Virus record (IMG/VR): IMGVR_UViG_3300045988_097034
Location: 1 to 24,940 of that record
Direction: 5' to 3' (one strand)
DNA from: a virus
DNA: 24,940 nucleotides
Position numbers and translations under genes: made by a program. The number at the start of each line of letters is the position of its first letter. Position 1 is the stretch's first letter. This document shows, one piece after another, positions 6,085 to 15,381 of this stretch. Below the pieces are notes generated by a model that saw only the letters and a program-made list of their open reading frames with translations, had not been told where the DNA came from and did no database searches.

Positions 6085-6456
6085 ATGAAGCAGTATGAAG
6101 CTGACCAACAGCGGAAGTTATTTCAATGGACGACTTTCATCAGAACCAAATATCCCGAAATTGATTTGATGTTTCATATTCCGAACGGTGGGAGCAGGAA
6201 CAAACTTGAAGCGGCCAACCTCAAGAAACAAGGAGTAAAGGCAGGCGTGCCTGATTTGTTTTTACCGGTAAGCCGTGGAGCTTATCACGGCTTGTTTATT
6301 GAACTTAAGTACGGTAAGAATAAGCCAACCGAAAAACAAACCGAATGGCTTAAAAGCCTTAATGAACAAGGCTACGCTGTCGCTGTATGTTATGGTTGCG
6401 ACAAGGCAAGCGAAAAAATATTAAAGTATTTGAAATTAGGTGAAATAAATGAGTGA
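6085..6456 (+). CDS. VRR-NUC domain nuclease (PD-(D/E)xK fold)
   Basis: 123 aa. GVPDLFL...GLFIELKYGKNKPTEKQTEWL...GYAVAVCYG matches the VRR-NUC D...ExK core. Confidence 0.75.
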   Translation: MKQYEADQQRKLFQWTTFIRTKYPEIDLMFHIPNGGSRNKLEAANLKKQGVKAGVPDLFLPVSRGAYHGLFIELKYGKNKPTEKQTEWLKSLNEQGYAVAVCYGCDKASEKILKYLKLGEINE

Positions 6457-6640
6457 AGAAAAAAAGAAACGAGGTCGCAAGAAGAAACTCGACCGAATAG
6501 ACAGGATGTGTCTTTACTGTGCCGACTACAATGCAAAGCACGGCACAAGTTACAGTTACGGCCAGTTTGTTGCGCAGATAGCCGCAGGAAAAATTAAAGG
6601 ACTTGGGTTATATGATTATGAAGGAGGTCTTGCAAAATGA
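6449..6640 (+). CDS. Hypothetical basic small protein
   Basis: 63 aa with a KKKRGRKKK N-terminus. Both its start and its stop overlap the neighbouring genes. Confidence 0.5.
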   Translation: MSEEKKKRGRKKKLDRIDRMCLYCADYNAKHGTSYSYGQFVAQIAAGKIKGLGLYDYEGGLAK

Positions 6641-7344
6641 GTGAAAATGAAAAACCGGTTGCAGCGGAAATGCAAGACAATCTGACACCGGCAGAAACAT
6701 TGTCGGAACTCGACAAACTTGTGATAGGCTTCATCGACGGTGACCTTGATGTGGCTACGCTCAATAGCTTGGATATGTTAAATCGTTGGTTAGTGTTGTC
6801 AATGTCAGCCATATACAGCTGCACTAAGATAGGCTTGCTATCAGCCAAGTCTTGTGTCAAGGCCAAATACAAGCTCCTACAAGAGTATCGCAGGTTTAGG
6901 ACTGACACTTTTTTTGCAAACAAGGAACACATCGAATGGATAAAAAGGACGAAAGAAACTTCTTGCAAATTAACGGAGTTGTCAAAGGCGATTGCCGAAC
7001 ACGATACTAATGTATTGCAAATCGCCTTACAGATAATTGACCTACTCACAAAGCACGATGTTTATAATCAACTTTTTATTCTGTCTGATACATCGGATAC
7101 ATACAAGGAAAAATGTTTAAAAACACTAACCGAAAATGATACAGCATTTTTGAATGAGTTCGGCAACATACCATTTGTGGATTTGCTTTTTAAATTTTAT
7201 AAATCGACAGAAGAAACGAGAGCATCAGAAATTTTCAAAGAGCTGGATGCTGATAACATTAGAAAGGTAGCTTGTCATGTGCCGGTTAAGTCGGATGATT
7301 GTCAAGGAATCGCCAAAAGCTACAAAGAATGTTTTGACATTTAA
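6637..7344 (+). CDS. Hypothetical early protein
   Basis: 235 aa, ATGA overlap with the upstream gene, no motif recognised. Confidence 0.55.
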   Translation: MSENEKPVAAEMQDNLTPAETLSELDKLVIGFIDGDLDVATLNSLDMLNRWLVLSMSAIYSCTKIGLLSAKSCVKAKYKLLQEYRRFRTDTFFANKEHIEWIKRTKETSCKLTELSKAIAEHDTNVLQIALQIIDLLTKHDVYNQLFILSDTSDTYKEKCLKTLTENDTAFLNEFGNIPFVDLLFKFYKSTEETRASEIFKELDADNIRKVACHVPVKSDDCQGIAKSYKECFDI

Positions 7345-7687
7345 ACACGGCAACATCCTTACCGTATGCAAAATCTAAAAAACAAAATGTAAAAAGTAAA
7401 TTTTCATATTAAAAAACAGTCAAATGACGACTTCTTCTTTTGATTGTTTTAGTTGTTACAAAAAATGCACCAAAAATTAAACACACAATTGCAACGGTAA
7501 GGTTGCACAAAGCAGTAGTTCGGAGGTCAGACGGACTACTGCATATTTATATCATCTGACTTTTTAATGCGAAAGTAGAACAATAGACAGTCACAAATAA
7601 AAGGGTTGAAATACCCTTTAACTATCCTGCTCAAGGAATTAATTAAGTGACCGTTTTAGTTTTTACATATATAATGGGAAGTTTAAT
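7345..7687. other. 343-bp non-coding, hairpin-rich region (candidate replication origin and/or regulatory RNA)
   Basis: No credible ORF on either strand. Has an 11-bp hairpin 7512-7542 (GCAGTAGTTCG / CGGACTACTGC, 9-nt loop), hairpins 7491-7506 and 7600-7619, and 8-nt long-range complementarity CCTTACCG (7357-7364) / CGGTAAGG (7495-7502). Confidence 0.4.
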
Positions 7688-8425
7688 ATGTTTACATACA
7701 AAGCTGAAATTAAATCAGGACCTTTGCTCGAGGTCAAATATTATAAATCAATTCGTAAACGCAGCAAGAAAAATCTTGCTCGACAAATCAATCAATCAAA
7801 ATCAAGTGAGAAGCAAGCCAAAGCAAACCGTATCAGAGGAGAACAACACACACAGAGGCTTATCCTCTGCAACTTCTCTGAGGGCGACTGGTTCGCAAGA
7901 TTCTCCGCTCCGTTTGGTAAATTTACCGAAGATGAATTTGAGAGGGTTGTATCGAATTTTTTTAAGCGAGTGAAACGCAGGACAGATAAGAAACAAATCA
8001 AGTTTAAATACATCGGCTACTGCGAATGTGGCAAGCTCGGAAAGAATTGGCACTTGCATATTGTGATTGAGGATTGCGTTCGTGAAATCTTAATGGAGTG
8101 TTGGCCATGGAAAAACGGAAGAATTTTCGTTCCGCTCTACCAAGACGGAAACTATGCCGACCTTGCAAAGTACATCCGCAAAGATGTCAGCGGAAAGAAA
8201 AGATTAAAAACATCAAGAAATTTAACAAAGCCTGAAATCAAAGTGACAGAAGGAAAAAAGAGAGAATATCGAAAGCTTGAACGAGGTGAGGCTCTGCCTT
8301 GCCCGGACGGATATTATTTCTACAAGGACGAAATGTGGATAAATGACTACACAGGAGCAAGCTTTTATTTTACTTACTTAGCTGACACCCACAAGCATAA
8401 AAAATTCGGAGGTGCGAAAAATTGA
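7688..8425 (+). CDS. HUH-superfamily rolling-circle replication initiator-like protein (Rep-like)
   Basis: 245 aa. WHLHIVIED fits the HUH motif (H-hydrophobic-H followed by hydrophobics). YADLAKYIRKD fits the YxxK catalytic-Tyr motif downstream at the usual spacing. A basic N-terminal region precedes them. Confidence 0.5.
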   Translation: MFTYKAEIKSGPLLEVKYYKSIRKRSKKNLARQINQSKSSEKQAKANRIRGEQHTQRLILCNFSEGDWFARFSAPFGKFTEDEFERVVSNFFKRVKRRTDKKQIKFKYIGYCECGKLGKNWHLHIVIEDCVREILMECWPWKNGRIFVPLYQDGNYADLAKYIRKDVSGKKRLKTSRNLTKPEIKVTEGKKREYRKLERGEALPCPDGYYFYKDEMWINDYTGASFYFTYLADTHKHKKFGGAKN

Positions 8426-8808
8426 GAGATTCGACAAGAGACTATACAATTGCACAGTTTAGACTTTATGCTTCTCTTGGTTATCCGAGCAAAGCACAAG
8501 TCGTTGCAGATAAGACAATGCACCGAGCATTACAACTTGACCTGCTTGCTGTGATAGACACGCTCAATGCTTTAACAAGCAGCGGCAAAGACTACATCTG
8601 TCAAGCTGTCAGCGCTGTTTACTTTGTTGCACCAACAGCGGCATTGCATAAAGGTGAGATAAATTTGAGGGTGACTAAGTTTGCAGTTAGCAACTATACC
8701 GACGAACGCACGGTGTTTCGCTGGCTCAAAGAGGCACGATTGCTCTGTGCTGATTACCGAGGCTTAAATATTGGCACCGACAAAGATGTCAGTAGAGAAA
8801 GCAGTTGA
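8422..8808 (+). CDS. Putative late-gene transcriptional activator (sigma region-4 / ArpU-RinA-like)
   Basis: 128 aa with a TTG start 7 nt after GGAGGTG. The C-terminal segment ERTVFRWLKEARLLCA looks like a sigma-type HTH. It sits immediately upstream of the HNH and terminase genes, typical of late activators. Confidence 0.4.
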   Translation: MRDSTRDYTIAQFRLYASLGYPSKAQVVADKTMHRALQLDLLAVIDTLNALTSSGKDYICQAVSAVYFVAPTAALHKGEINLRVTKFAVSNYTDERTVFRWLKEARLLCADYRGLNIGTDKDVSRESS

Positions 8809-8825
8809 GGGTTTATACTTAGAGT

Positions 8826-9158
8826 ATGAAAGACTATGCAAAATCTTTTTACTTATCGCAATCTTGGAGAGCTTGCAGAGATGCTTATTTCCGTAAGCAA
8901 AACGGAGTGTGTGAGCGTTGTGGTAATGCAGGCGACATAGTTCACCACAAATGCTACATCAATCCTGACAACATCAACAATCCAAAGATAACTCTGAACT
9001 TCGACAATCTCGAATTGCTCTGTCAGGATTGCCACAACAAAGAACATATGTCAAATCGAAAAGAAAAAAAGAAAAATAAAATAAATAATACTCGCTACTC
9101 TGTTGATGACGAAGGAAACATACTACCCCCCACCTCAAAAAATAAAATACCCCCCTGA
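8826..9158 (+). CDS. HNH endonuclease (packaging-associated)
   Basis: 110 aa. CERCGNAGDIVHHKCYI...NLELLCQDCHNKEH (CxxC...HH...N...CxxCH). Lies directly upstream of the terminase genes. Confidence 0.9.
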   Translation: MKDYAKSFYLSQSWRACRDAYFRKQNGVCERCGNAGDIVHHKCYINPDNINNPKITLNFDNLELLCQDCHNKEHMSNRKEKKKNKINNTRYSVDDEGNILPPTSKNKIPP

Positions 9159-9216
9159 GAACCGAAGGGAGGGACTTAATTTTTCCTCTCTCGTGTGTGC
9201 GTGCGTGAAGGGGGGT
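9126..9216. other. Candidate cos region (C6/C6/G-rich/G6 tracts between HNH and terS)
   Basis: C6 at 9126-9131 and 9150-9155, GAAGGGAGGGA at 9164-9174, alternating GTGTGTGCGTGCGTG at 9193-9207, and G6 at 9210-9215. CCCCCCT (9150-9156) and AGGGGGG (9209-9215) are an inverted pair. This composition is exceptional for this AT-rich genome. Confidence 0.35.
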
Positions 9217-9231
9217 GAAAGGAGTGATTTG

Positions 9232-9630
9232 GTGGAAAATGGAAAAACATCTGAGCTTTTAATTTCAGATAAAGCAGTTAAACAGGAAATGAACAGACTT
9301 AAAAAGATTTTTAAAAAGCATTATCGAGAAATTGACGAAAACGGAAAATCTCATAACAGCGACAAAGGAGAATTGATTGAAAGGCTGATTTCCGAGGCGG
9401 CTTTCATTCGTTGCGTACTCTTAGAAGCCCAAAGGCTCATCAAATCACAAGGCCTTGAAACCACAACGGTGAATGCCTCGCAGAAATTCCGCAAGGCGAT
9501 TCCTGCCGTTACAATTTATTCTGACTATATGCGAACTTACACCTCTGTAATCAACACTTTGATTTCCTATATCCCCGAAAAATCAGAGAGAAAGCAGTCA
9601 AGACTTGAGGCGTTAATGCTTGGCAGTTAA
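9232..9630 (+). CDS. terS: Terminase small subunit (P27-family-like)
   Basis: In the frame of ORF 9103..9630. Preferred start is GTG 9232, 7 nt after GGAG (9221-4). About 132 aa, helical. Sits between HNH and terL. Confidence 0.65.
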   Translation: MENGKTSELLISDKAVKQEMNRLKKIFKKHYREIDENGKSHNSDKGELIERLISEAAFIRCVLLEAQRLIKSQGLETTTVNASQKFRKAIPAVTIYSDYMRTYTSVINTLISYIPEKSERKQSRLEALMLGS

Positions 9631-11293
9631 TTATATTCAAGAATATTACAATCGCATTTGTAGCGGAAAAATCGTAGCAGGAAAATGGATTAAAAAAGTT
9701 TACGCAATGGTTCTTGAAGGCATTGAAAAAGGCTTATGGTTTTACGATGAATCAAAAGCTGATAAGGCTGTAAAATTTATCGAGAATTTTGTGCATCACA
9801 GCAAAGGCCGACACGATTTGTTGCACCTTGAGTTGTGGCAGAAAGCTATTGTAAGTTGTCTTTTTGGCATAGTCGATAATCTTAACAACAGGCAGTTTCA
9901 TGAAACTTTGATTGTAGTAGCTCGCAAGAACGGCAAGACATTATTTGCAGCGGCAATTGCTGAATATATGGCATATGCTGACCGTGAATATGGAGCTGAA
10001 ATTTACTGTCTTGCCCCAAAATTGGCTCAAGCAGACCTTGTATATAATGCTTTTTATCAGTCGGTTAAACTCGATGAAGAATTATCATCAGAAGAAATGA
10101 CGAAAAAAAGAAAGAACGATATCTATGTCATTCCGATGAACACTACGATTTCAAAAGTCGCATTCAATTGCAAAAAGGCTGACGGATTCAATCCACATCT
10201 TACAGTTTGTGATGAACTTGCCGCTTGGCCGGGACAAGCAGGTTTGAAACAGTATGAGGTAATGAAATCAGCTCTCGGCTCACGAAAACAACCGCTTATT
10301 TTATCAATAACTACAGCCGGGTACATCAACGACGGAATCTACGACGAACTGTTCAAGCGCTCTACAAGATTTCTCAAAGGTAAACTTGGAGTAGGTGAAA
10401 TGAGATTACTCCCATTTTTGTATGTGATTGACGATATACAAAAATGGGATGACATCAACGAACTGAAAAAATCAAATCCCAATCTTGGAATATCAGTTTC
10501 AGAAAGTTATTACCTTGAAGAAATTGTTGTGGCAAAAAATTCAACCTCGAAAAAGGCTGAGTTTATGTGCAAATATTGTAATATCCTGCAAAACAGCTCT
10601 ATTGCTTGGCTTGCATATGAAGATGTTGCACTTGCAGGCGGTGAACCTCTTAAGTTAGAAGATTTTCGTAAATGCTATGCTATTGCCGGTGTTGATTTGT
10701 CGAGAACAACTGACCTCACAGCGGCGACTGTTGTAATCTGCAAGAGTGGCCACTTCTACATTTTTACACAATTCTTTATGCCCGAGGACAGCTTCAAAAA
10801 AGCTTGTGAAAATGAGCCTGAAACAAAGTACGAAGTGCATAGAGCAAAAGGAAGAATTATCATCAGTGGCCAGCATTTTGTTGATTATCACGATGTGTTT
10901 AATTGGTTTGTAATGCTTCGCAAAGAATACAAAATAATGCCGTTAATGATTGGCTACGATAGATACTCGGCGCAATATTTAATTCAGGACTTGGACGCAT
11001 CAGGTTTCAAGGTTGATGATGTCTTTCAAGGTACAAACCTTTCGCCAATTATGGATGAATTCGAGGGCTTGTTAAAAGAAGGCAAAATACATTTTGGCGA
11101 CAATGAATTGCTAAAAAAACAGTTTCTTGATGTCGCTGTGAAAATTAACGATTCAGATGAACGAAAGAAACCGGTAAAAATTGAGAGCAGATTGCACATA
11201 GACGGACCTGTTAGCGTTTTTGATGCTTTTACGGTAAGAAGTAAGCATTATAAAACACTTGGCAAAATGTTAGAAAACAGAAAGGCGGCATAA
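9620..11293 (+). CDS. terL: Terminase large subunit
   Basis: 557 aa. Walker A ARKNGKT, Walker B LTVCDELAAW. N-terminal region typical of Terminase_1-type TerL. TTG start overlaps the terS end. Confidence 0.9.
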   Translation: MAVNYIQEYYNRICSGKIVAGKWIKKVYAMVLEGIEKGLWFYDESKADKAVKFIENFVHHSKGRHDLLHLELWQKAIVSCLFGIVDNLNNRQFHETLIVVARKNGKTLFAAAIAEYMAYADREYGAEIYCLAPKLAQADLVYNAFYQSVKLDEELSSEEMTKKRKNDIYVIPMNTTISKVAFNCKKADGFNPHLTVCDELAAWPGQAGLKQYEVMKSALGSRKQPLILSITTAGYINDGIYDELFKRSTRFLKGKLGVGEMRLLPFLYVIDDIQKWDDINELKKSNPNLGISVSESYYLEEIVVAKNSTSKKAEFMCKYCNILQNSSIAWLAYEDVALAGGEPLKLEDFRKCYAIAGVDLSRTTDLTAATVVICKSGHFYIFTQFFMPEDSFKKACENEPETKYEVHRAKGRIIISGQHFVDYHDVFNWFVMLRKEYKIMPLMIGYDRYSAQYLIQDLDASGFKVDDVFQGTNLSPIMDEFEGLLKEGKIHFGDNELLKKQFLDVAVKINDSDERKKPVKIESRLHIDGPVSVFDAFTVRSKHYKTLGKMLENRKAA

Positions 11294-11294
11294 C

Positions 11295-12473
11295 TTGGGG
11301 ATTTTTCAAAAACTTTTTAAACACTCGGCTAAAGCATTCCTGAATTTTTCCCACAGTGAAAGCGGAAATAATTATAACAGCCGTAGCGAGATTATCAACA
11401 GCATTGCAGATAGAATTGCGACACAAGTGTCGAAACTGCAACCGCAGGTTATAAGAAATTCCGCAAACGGAACAGTAATCAAGAATGACAGTCTTGCTCG
11501 TTTGCTGTCAACCCGACCTTGTAAAGAGCTGAATACTACAGATTGGCTTTATAAGATAGCCTATCAATCGGTTATAAGTGGTGACGGTTTTGCTATTATT
11601 TGCTATAACGATAATTTCTCGGAAATTGAGGCTATTCGTCCGATAATTTGTACAAATTATCGCATTTTTGAAGATGAAGGTATATTATTTTTTCGGTTTA
11701 TCTGGTCGTATGACAGCAAGGAATATACAGTTCCCTATGATTGCGTTATTCACTTGAAAGACCGTCCGGGTAAAAAACGATTCCTCGGAAGTGATCCTGA
11801 TGATGATTTAGCTACATCGGTGGAAATGCTCGACACCACATATGACGGTATTAAGAACATTGTGAAAAATTCCGCTCATCTCAGAGGTTACTTGAAATTC
11901 AACAACTTCATTGATGAAGAAGATTTGAAAAACAAAATCAAAGAATGGAAAGAAGCTTATATGACCGCCGAGAATGAAGGTGGTATTGCAGGTCTTGGCT
12001 CGGAATTTGAATTCAAGGAATTAAATCAAACTCCAAAAAGTATTCCAACCACACAGCTTTCATTTTTCAAGACTAACATTTATGACTATTTCGGAGTATC
12101 TGAAAAAATCATTAGAGGCGAATATTCCGAAACTGAGTGGAATAACTTTTACGAATCGAAAATTGAACCCATAGCGATGAAGCTGTCACTTGAATTTACC
12201 TATAAGATATTCTCGGAGCGCGAAAGAGGGTTCGGAAATAAAATTGTTTTCGTTGCTAACAAATTACAGTATGCTACTACACAAACTAAGATGACCGTTA
12301 TGCAAGCGTTGTTTGACCGTGGTTTTATTACTATCAATCAAGGTCTTGAGATGATGGATATGCCGAGCCTCGGCGAAGAAGGAGATATCAGAATGGTAAG
12401 CCTTAACTATGTTAAGACTGATGACCAGTCATTATATCAGACAGGAAAGGAGAACAATGATGCCCCAGATTAA
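11295..12473 (+). CDS. Portal protein (HK97 family-like)
   Basis: 392 aa, immediately after terL and before the prohead protease. N-terminus MGIFQKLF is typical. Confidence 0.85.
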   Translation: MGIFQKLFKHSAKAFLNFSHSESGNNYNSRSEIINSIADRIATQVSKLQPQVIRNSANGTVIKNDSLARLLSTRPCKELNTTDWLYKIAYQSVISGDGFAIICYNDNFSEIEAIRPIICTNYRIFEDEGILFFRFIWSYDSKEYTVPYDCVIHLKDRPGKKRFLGSDPDDDLATSVEMLDTTYDGIKNIVKNSAHLRGYLKFNNFIDEEDLKNKIKEWKEAYMTAENEGGIAGLGSEFEFKELNQTPKSIPTTQLSFFKTNIYDYFGVSEKIIRGEYSETEWNNFYESKIEPIAMKLSLEFTYKIFSERERGFGNKIVFVANKLQYATTQTKMTVMQALFDRGFITINQGLEMMDMPSLGEEGDIRMVSLNYVKTDDQSLYQTGKENNDAPD

Positions 12474-13179
12474 AAATAACATTAACGAAATTTTTCACAT
12501 TCGGAATGAAACTGAAACATCAGCGGATTTGTATTTTTACGGTGACATTGTGAGTGACCGTTGGAGCGCTTGGAGTGATGAGGACCAGTACCCGGAAGCC
12601 ATTCAGCAGTTGCTCAAAGGTCAGGAAGGCAAAGACCTGAATATCTACATCAATTCAGGCGGTGGTGATGTTTTTGCCGGTATGGCAATCTATAACATCA
12701 TTAAAAGACACACAGGCTTTAAAACCGTTTATGTTGACGGTCTTGCCGCATCGATTGCATCGGTTATTGCAATGGCAGGTGATAAATTGGTAATTCCCAA
12801 AAATGCGTTCCTGATGATACATAAACCGTGGTCTTTTGTTATCGGTAATGCAAACGATATGTTGAAAGAAATTGAATTGCTTAATGCCATTGAGCAGAGC
12901 ATTGTCAATATTTACGCAGAACATCTTGCTGATAATGTTGACACCGAAACAATCGCAAAAATGGTTGATGCAGAAACTTGGCTCACCGGTGAACAGGCGG
13001 CTGAATATTTCAGCGTAGATGTTGCAGCGGAAAAACAGATTGCTGCTTGCACGAATGCTCGATTTAAAAATCAGCCCCAAAATCTTGTAGTCGTGACTAC
13101 TGAAAGAGAGAAAAATCTTTCGGCAAAGTCATCAAAAATAAAATCGCTGTGTATCAGCGGAATTTTGAAGGGAGAATGA
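12457..13179 (+). CDS. ClpP-like (S14) prohead maturation protease
   Basis: ATG 12457 after AAGGAG. INSGGGDVFAGMAIYN, GLAASIASVIAMAG (catalytic Ser region), MIHKPW (His). Confidence 0.9.
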   Translation: MMPQIKNNINEIFHIRNETETSADLYFYGDIVSDRWSAWSDEDQYPEAIQQLLKGQEGKDLNIYINSGGGDVFAGMAIYNIIKRHTGFKTVYVDGLAASIASVIAMAGDKLVIPKNAFLMIHKPWSFVIGNANDMLKEIELLNAIEQSIVNIYAEHLADNVDTETIAKMVDAETWLTGEQAAEYFSVDVAAEKQIAACTNARFKNQPQNLVVVTTEREKNLSAKSSKIKSLCISGILKGE

Positions 13180-13185
13180 TTAGTA

Positions 13186-14346
13186 ATGACTATCAAAGAA
13201 CTTAAAAACAGACTTAAAGAAATTGCTGTTGAGGCAAAGGCCGCTGAAACAAGCGGTGATGACGCAAAGCTCGACAAATTGATTGAAGAAGCAAACACAA
13301 TCAATGATAAAATTGAGCGTGCACAGAAGCTTGCTGAAATCACCAAAAAAGCTACAGCGGCAGAGGAAAATGAAGGTGAACAGCAGGAACCTACACCTGA
13401 AAACCTCGCAGAAAAAAGGGGCAAAAAGCTCAAGAACGGCGAAACAGTAAGAATGAACAAGACGATTGTAACGCCAAAAGCGGCAATCAGTACAACAACA
13501 ATTGCTATGCCACATCACACAGCGGAAGATGTCAGAGATACATTCAATGATGTTTCAAGCCTTATCGATGCGGTTAAGATTGTTCCTCTCGACGGTGGCG
13601 AAAGCTATCAGAGAGGTTTTGTAAAGTCATATGGTGAAGGCGACTACACAACAGAAGGTTCAGACGCGGCAACAGCAGAACCGACGTTCGATTATGTTGA
13701 TATCAATAAAACCTACATTACTGCATATGCGGAAGAGCCTAACGCAATTCGCAAACTTGCCCCGGCGGCTTATGATGCCGTAATCAGCAATTCTACATCA
13801 AGAGCCGTAAGAAAGAAGCTTTCAAAGCAGATTCTTGTAGGCTCAGGTGAAACCGGTTCAATTGTCGGCATTTTCAATGCACCTGCAAAGGTAATTGATC
13901 CTACCACGGATATGGAGGTAACCGCAATCACAGGAACCACCCTTGACGACATCATTTACTCATACGGTGGCGAAGAAGATGTTGAAGGTTTTTGCGGTCT
14001 TATTCTCAACAAAGCCGACCTCAAGGCTTTTGCAAAGCTCCGTACAGATGACGGCAAGAAGGTTTACGATATTAAGAACAACGGTAATTCCGGTACAATT
14101 GACGGCGTTCCGTTCATCATCAACTCAGCTTGTAAAGCTGTTTCGGCACCCGGAACAACCAAGGGCGAGTATTGCATGGCATACGGTCCGTTCTTTAACT
14201 ATGAACTTGCTGTTTTTTCTGACATGGATGTGTCAATCTCAACTGAGTACAAATTTAAATCAGGACAGATTGCACACAAGGCTGAAATGTATGTGGGCGG
14301 TAATACGGCATCATACAACGGCTTTGTTCGTGTGAAGAAAGGCTGA
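13186..14346 (+). CDS. Major capsid protein, HK97 fold, with N-terminal coiled-coil delta domain
   Basis: 386 aa with a charged helical first ~100 aa, located after the protease. Confidence 0.9.
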   Translation: MTIKELKNRLKEIAVEAKAAETSGDDAKLDKLIEEANTINDKIERAQKLAEITKKATAAEENEGEQQEPTPENLAEKRGKKLKNGETVRMNKTIVTPKAAISTTTIAMPHHTAEDVRDTFNDVSSLIDAVKIVPLDGGESYQRGFVKSYGEGDYTTEGSDAATAEPTFDYVDINKTYITAYAEEPNAIRKLAPAAYDAVISNSTSRAVRKKLSKQILVGSGETGSIVGIFNAPAKVIDPTTDMEVTAITGTTLDDIIYSYGGEEDVEGFCGLILNKADLKAFAKLRTDDGKKVYDIKNNGNSGTIDGVPFIINSACKAVSAPGTTKGEYCMAYGPFFNYELAVFSDMDVSISTEYKFKSGQIAHKAEMYVGGNTASYNGFVRVKKG

Positions 14347-14353
14347 TGATTAA

Positions 14354-14656
14354 ATGTCATCAACAGACGATTTATTGACAATGGCTAAACTCAGAGTTCG
14401 CAAAATTAGTTCGGATGCCCTCGATGAGGACATCCGACAGCACATTGACTTTGTTTTAGCCGACTTAGAACGCATAGGAGTGCATCCAAGCTGGCTCAAA
14501 AAACCTGACGCACTTATAAAAGAGGCGGTACTTGTTTACTGTAAGGCGAATTACGCAAAAACAGTTGATGATAAACTGACAAACAGTTATAACATCATCT
14601 TGTCGAAAATCAAAGGCAGACTGAAATATAGCAAAGTGAGGGCAAACGATGAATAG
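14354..14656 (+). CDS. Head-tail connector (gp6-like)
   Basis: 100 aa, position and typical N-terminal pattern (LAKLRVRKISSDALDEDI). Confidence 0.65.
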   Translation: MSSTDDLLTMAKLRVRKISSDALDEDIRQHIDFVLADLERIGVHPSWLKKPDALIKEAVLVYCKANYAKTVDDKLTNSYNIILSKIKGRLKYSKVRANDE

Positions 14657-14981
14657 TGAATGTATTGTTACCTTGGTTTCACTGAAATCGTGCGGAACGA
14701 ACTATATCGGTGAACTTATTACCAAGGAAGTAAAAAGGCAGGTTTTCGCTGTTAAAAAGTCCGTGAATCAATCAGAATTTTTTCAGGCTGCAGCGGCAGG
14801 ATTTAAACCCGACATTGTGCTTGACATAAGCGAGTTTGAGTACAACGGAGAAAACTTCTGCATTCTTGCAGGTCAGCGGTACAAAATTTACCGCACTTTT
14901 TCGGCGAAAGATACAGAACGAATGGAACTGTATTTAACGGCAGTAGTAGGTGAAACAAATGTCACTCCCGAAAACAGTTAA
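14649..14981 (+). CDS. Head closure / head-tail adaptor protein
   Basis: 110 aa. Called from position and the C-terminal ILAGQRYKIYRTF pattern. Confidence 0.6.
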   Translation: MNSECIVTLVSLKSCGTNYIGELITKEVKRQVFAVKKSVNQSEFFQAAAAGFKPDIVLDISEFEYNGENFCILAGQRYKIYRTFSAKDTERMELYLTAVVGETNVTPENS

Positions 14982-15381
14982 AATTACCAAAAACGGTGTT
15001 GAGATAATCAGCAATGTTGACCGCATTCAGTATACGCTTAAAGAGCTTGAAAGAGCCGCTCTGCGTGATGTTGGCAAACTTGTATGCAAACGGTCACGAC
15101 AAAAAATAAAACGCAGGACGGGGCGATTGGCGAAAAATACGCAGTATTGGGTACGCTCAAAGCAAAAAATTCCTGACTTGCAGGTAGGTTTTAAGCCGGG
15201 TGGATTTTACGGACTGTACCAAGAGATTGGCACGAATAAATACCCAAAAATCGGAGCATTAAGTGATGCCGCCGAAAGTAACATCAAAGACATCATAAAA
15301 ATTGAACAGCAATACCTCAGTGCCGTAGGTACAGAAGAGGCAGAACGCAAATTGAACGAGGGGGAATACAGCGGTGAATAG
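14959..15381 (+). CDS. HK97 gp10-family neck/tail-attachment protein
   Basis: ORF 14950..15381, ATG 14959 preferred. GLYQEIGT resembles the conserved xxEfGT motif. Confidence 0.6.
   Translation: MSLPKTVKITKNGVEIISNVDRIQYTLKELERAALRDVGKLVCKRSRQKIKRRTGRLAKNTQYWVRSKQKIPDLQVGFKPGGFYGLYQEIGTNKYPKIGALSDAAESNIKDIIKIEQQYLSAVGTEEAERKLNEGEYSGE

Noticed and set aside
7647-7973. Plus-strand 108-aa ORF overlapping the start of the Rep-like gene, and the antisense ORFs 7792..8059
   Set aside because: The out-of-frame overlaps have no motifs. The 7688..8425 frame carries the HUH and YxxK motifs.
9193-9207. Alternating purine-pyrimidine tract GTGTGTGCGTGCGTG as a microsatellite or phase-variation tract
   Set aside because: It is too short and imperfect, and it is intergenic. 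It was folded into the cos-candidate observation instead.
9103-9231. N-terminal 43 codons of ORF 9103..9630 (would overlap the HNH gene)
   Set aside because: The sequence is proline- and low-complexity-rich and crosses the C/G tracts. A GGAG RBS with a GTG/TTG start lies at 9229-9232, so the terS start was moved there.
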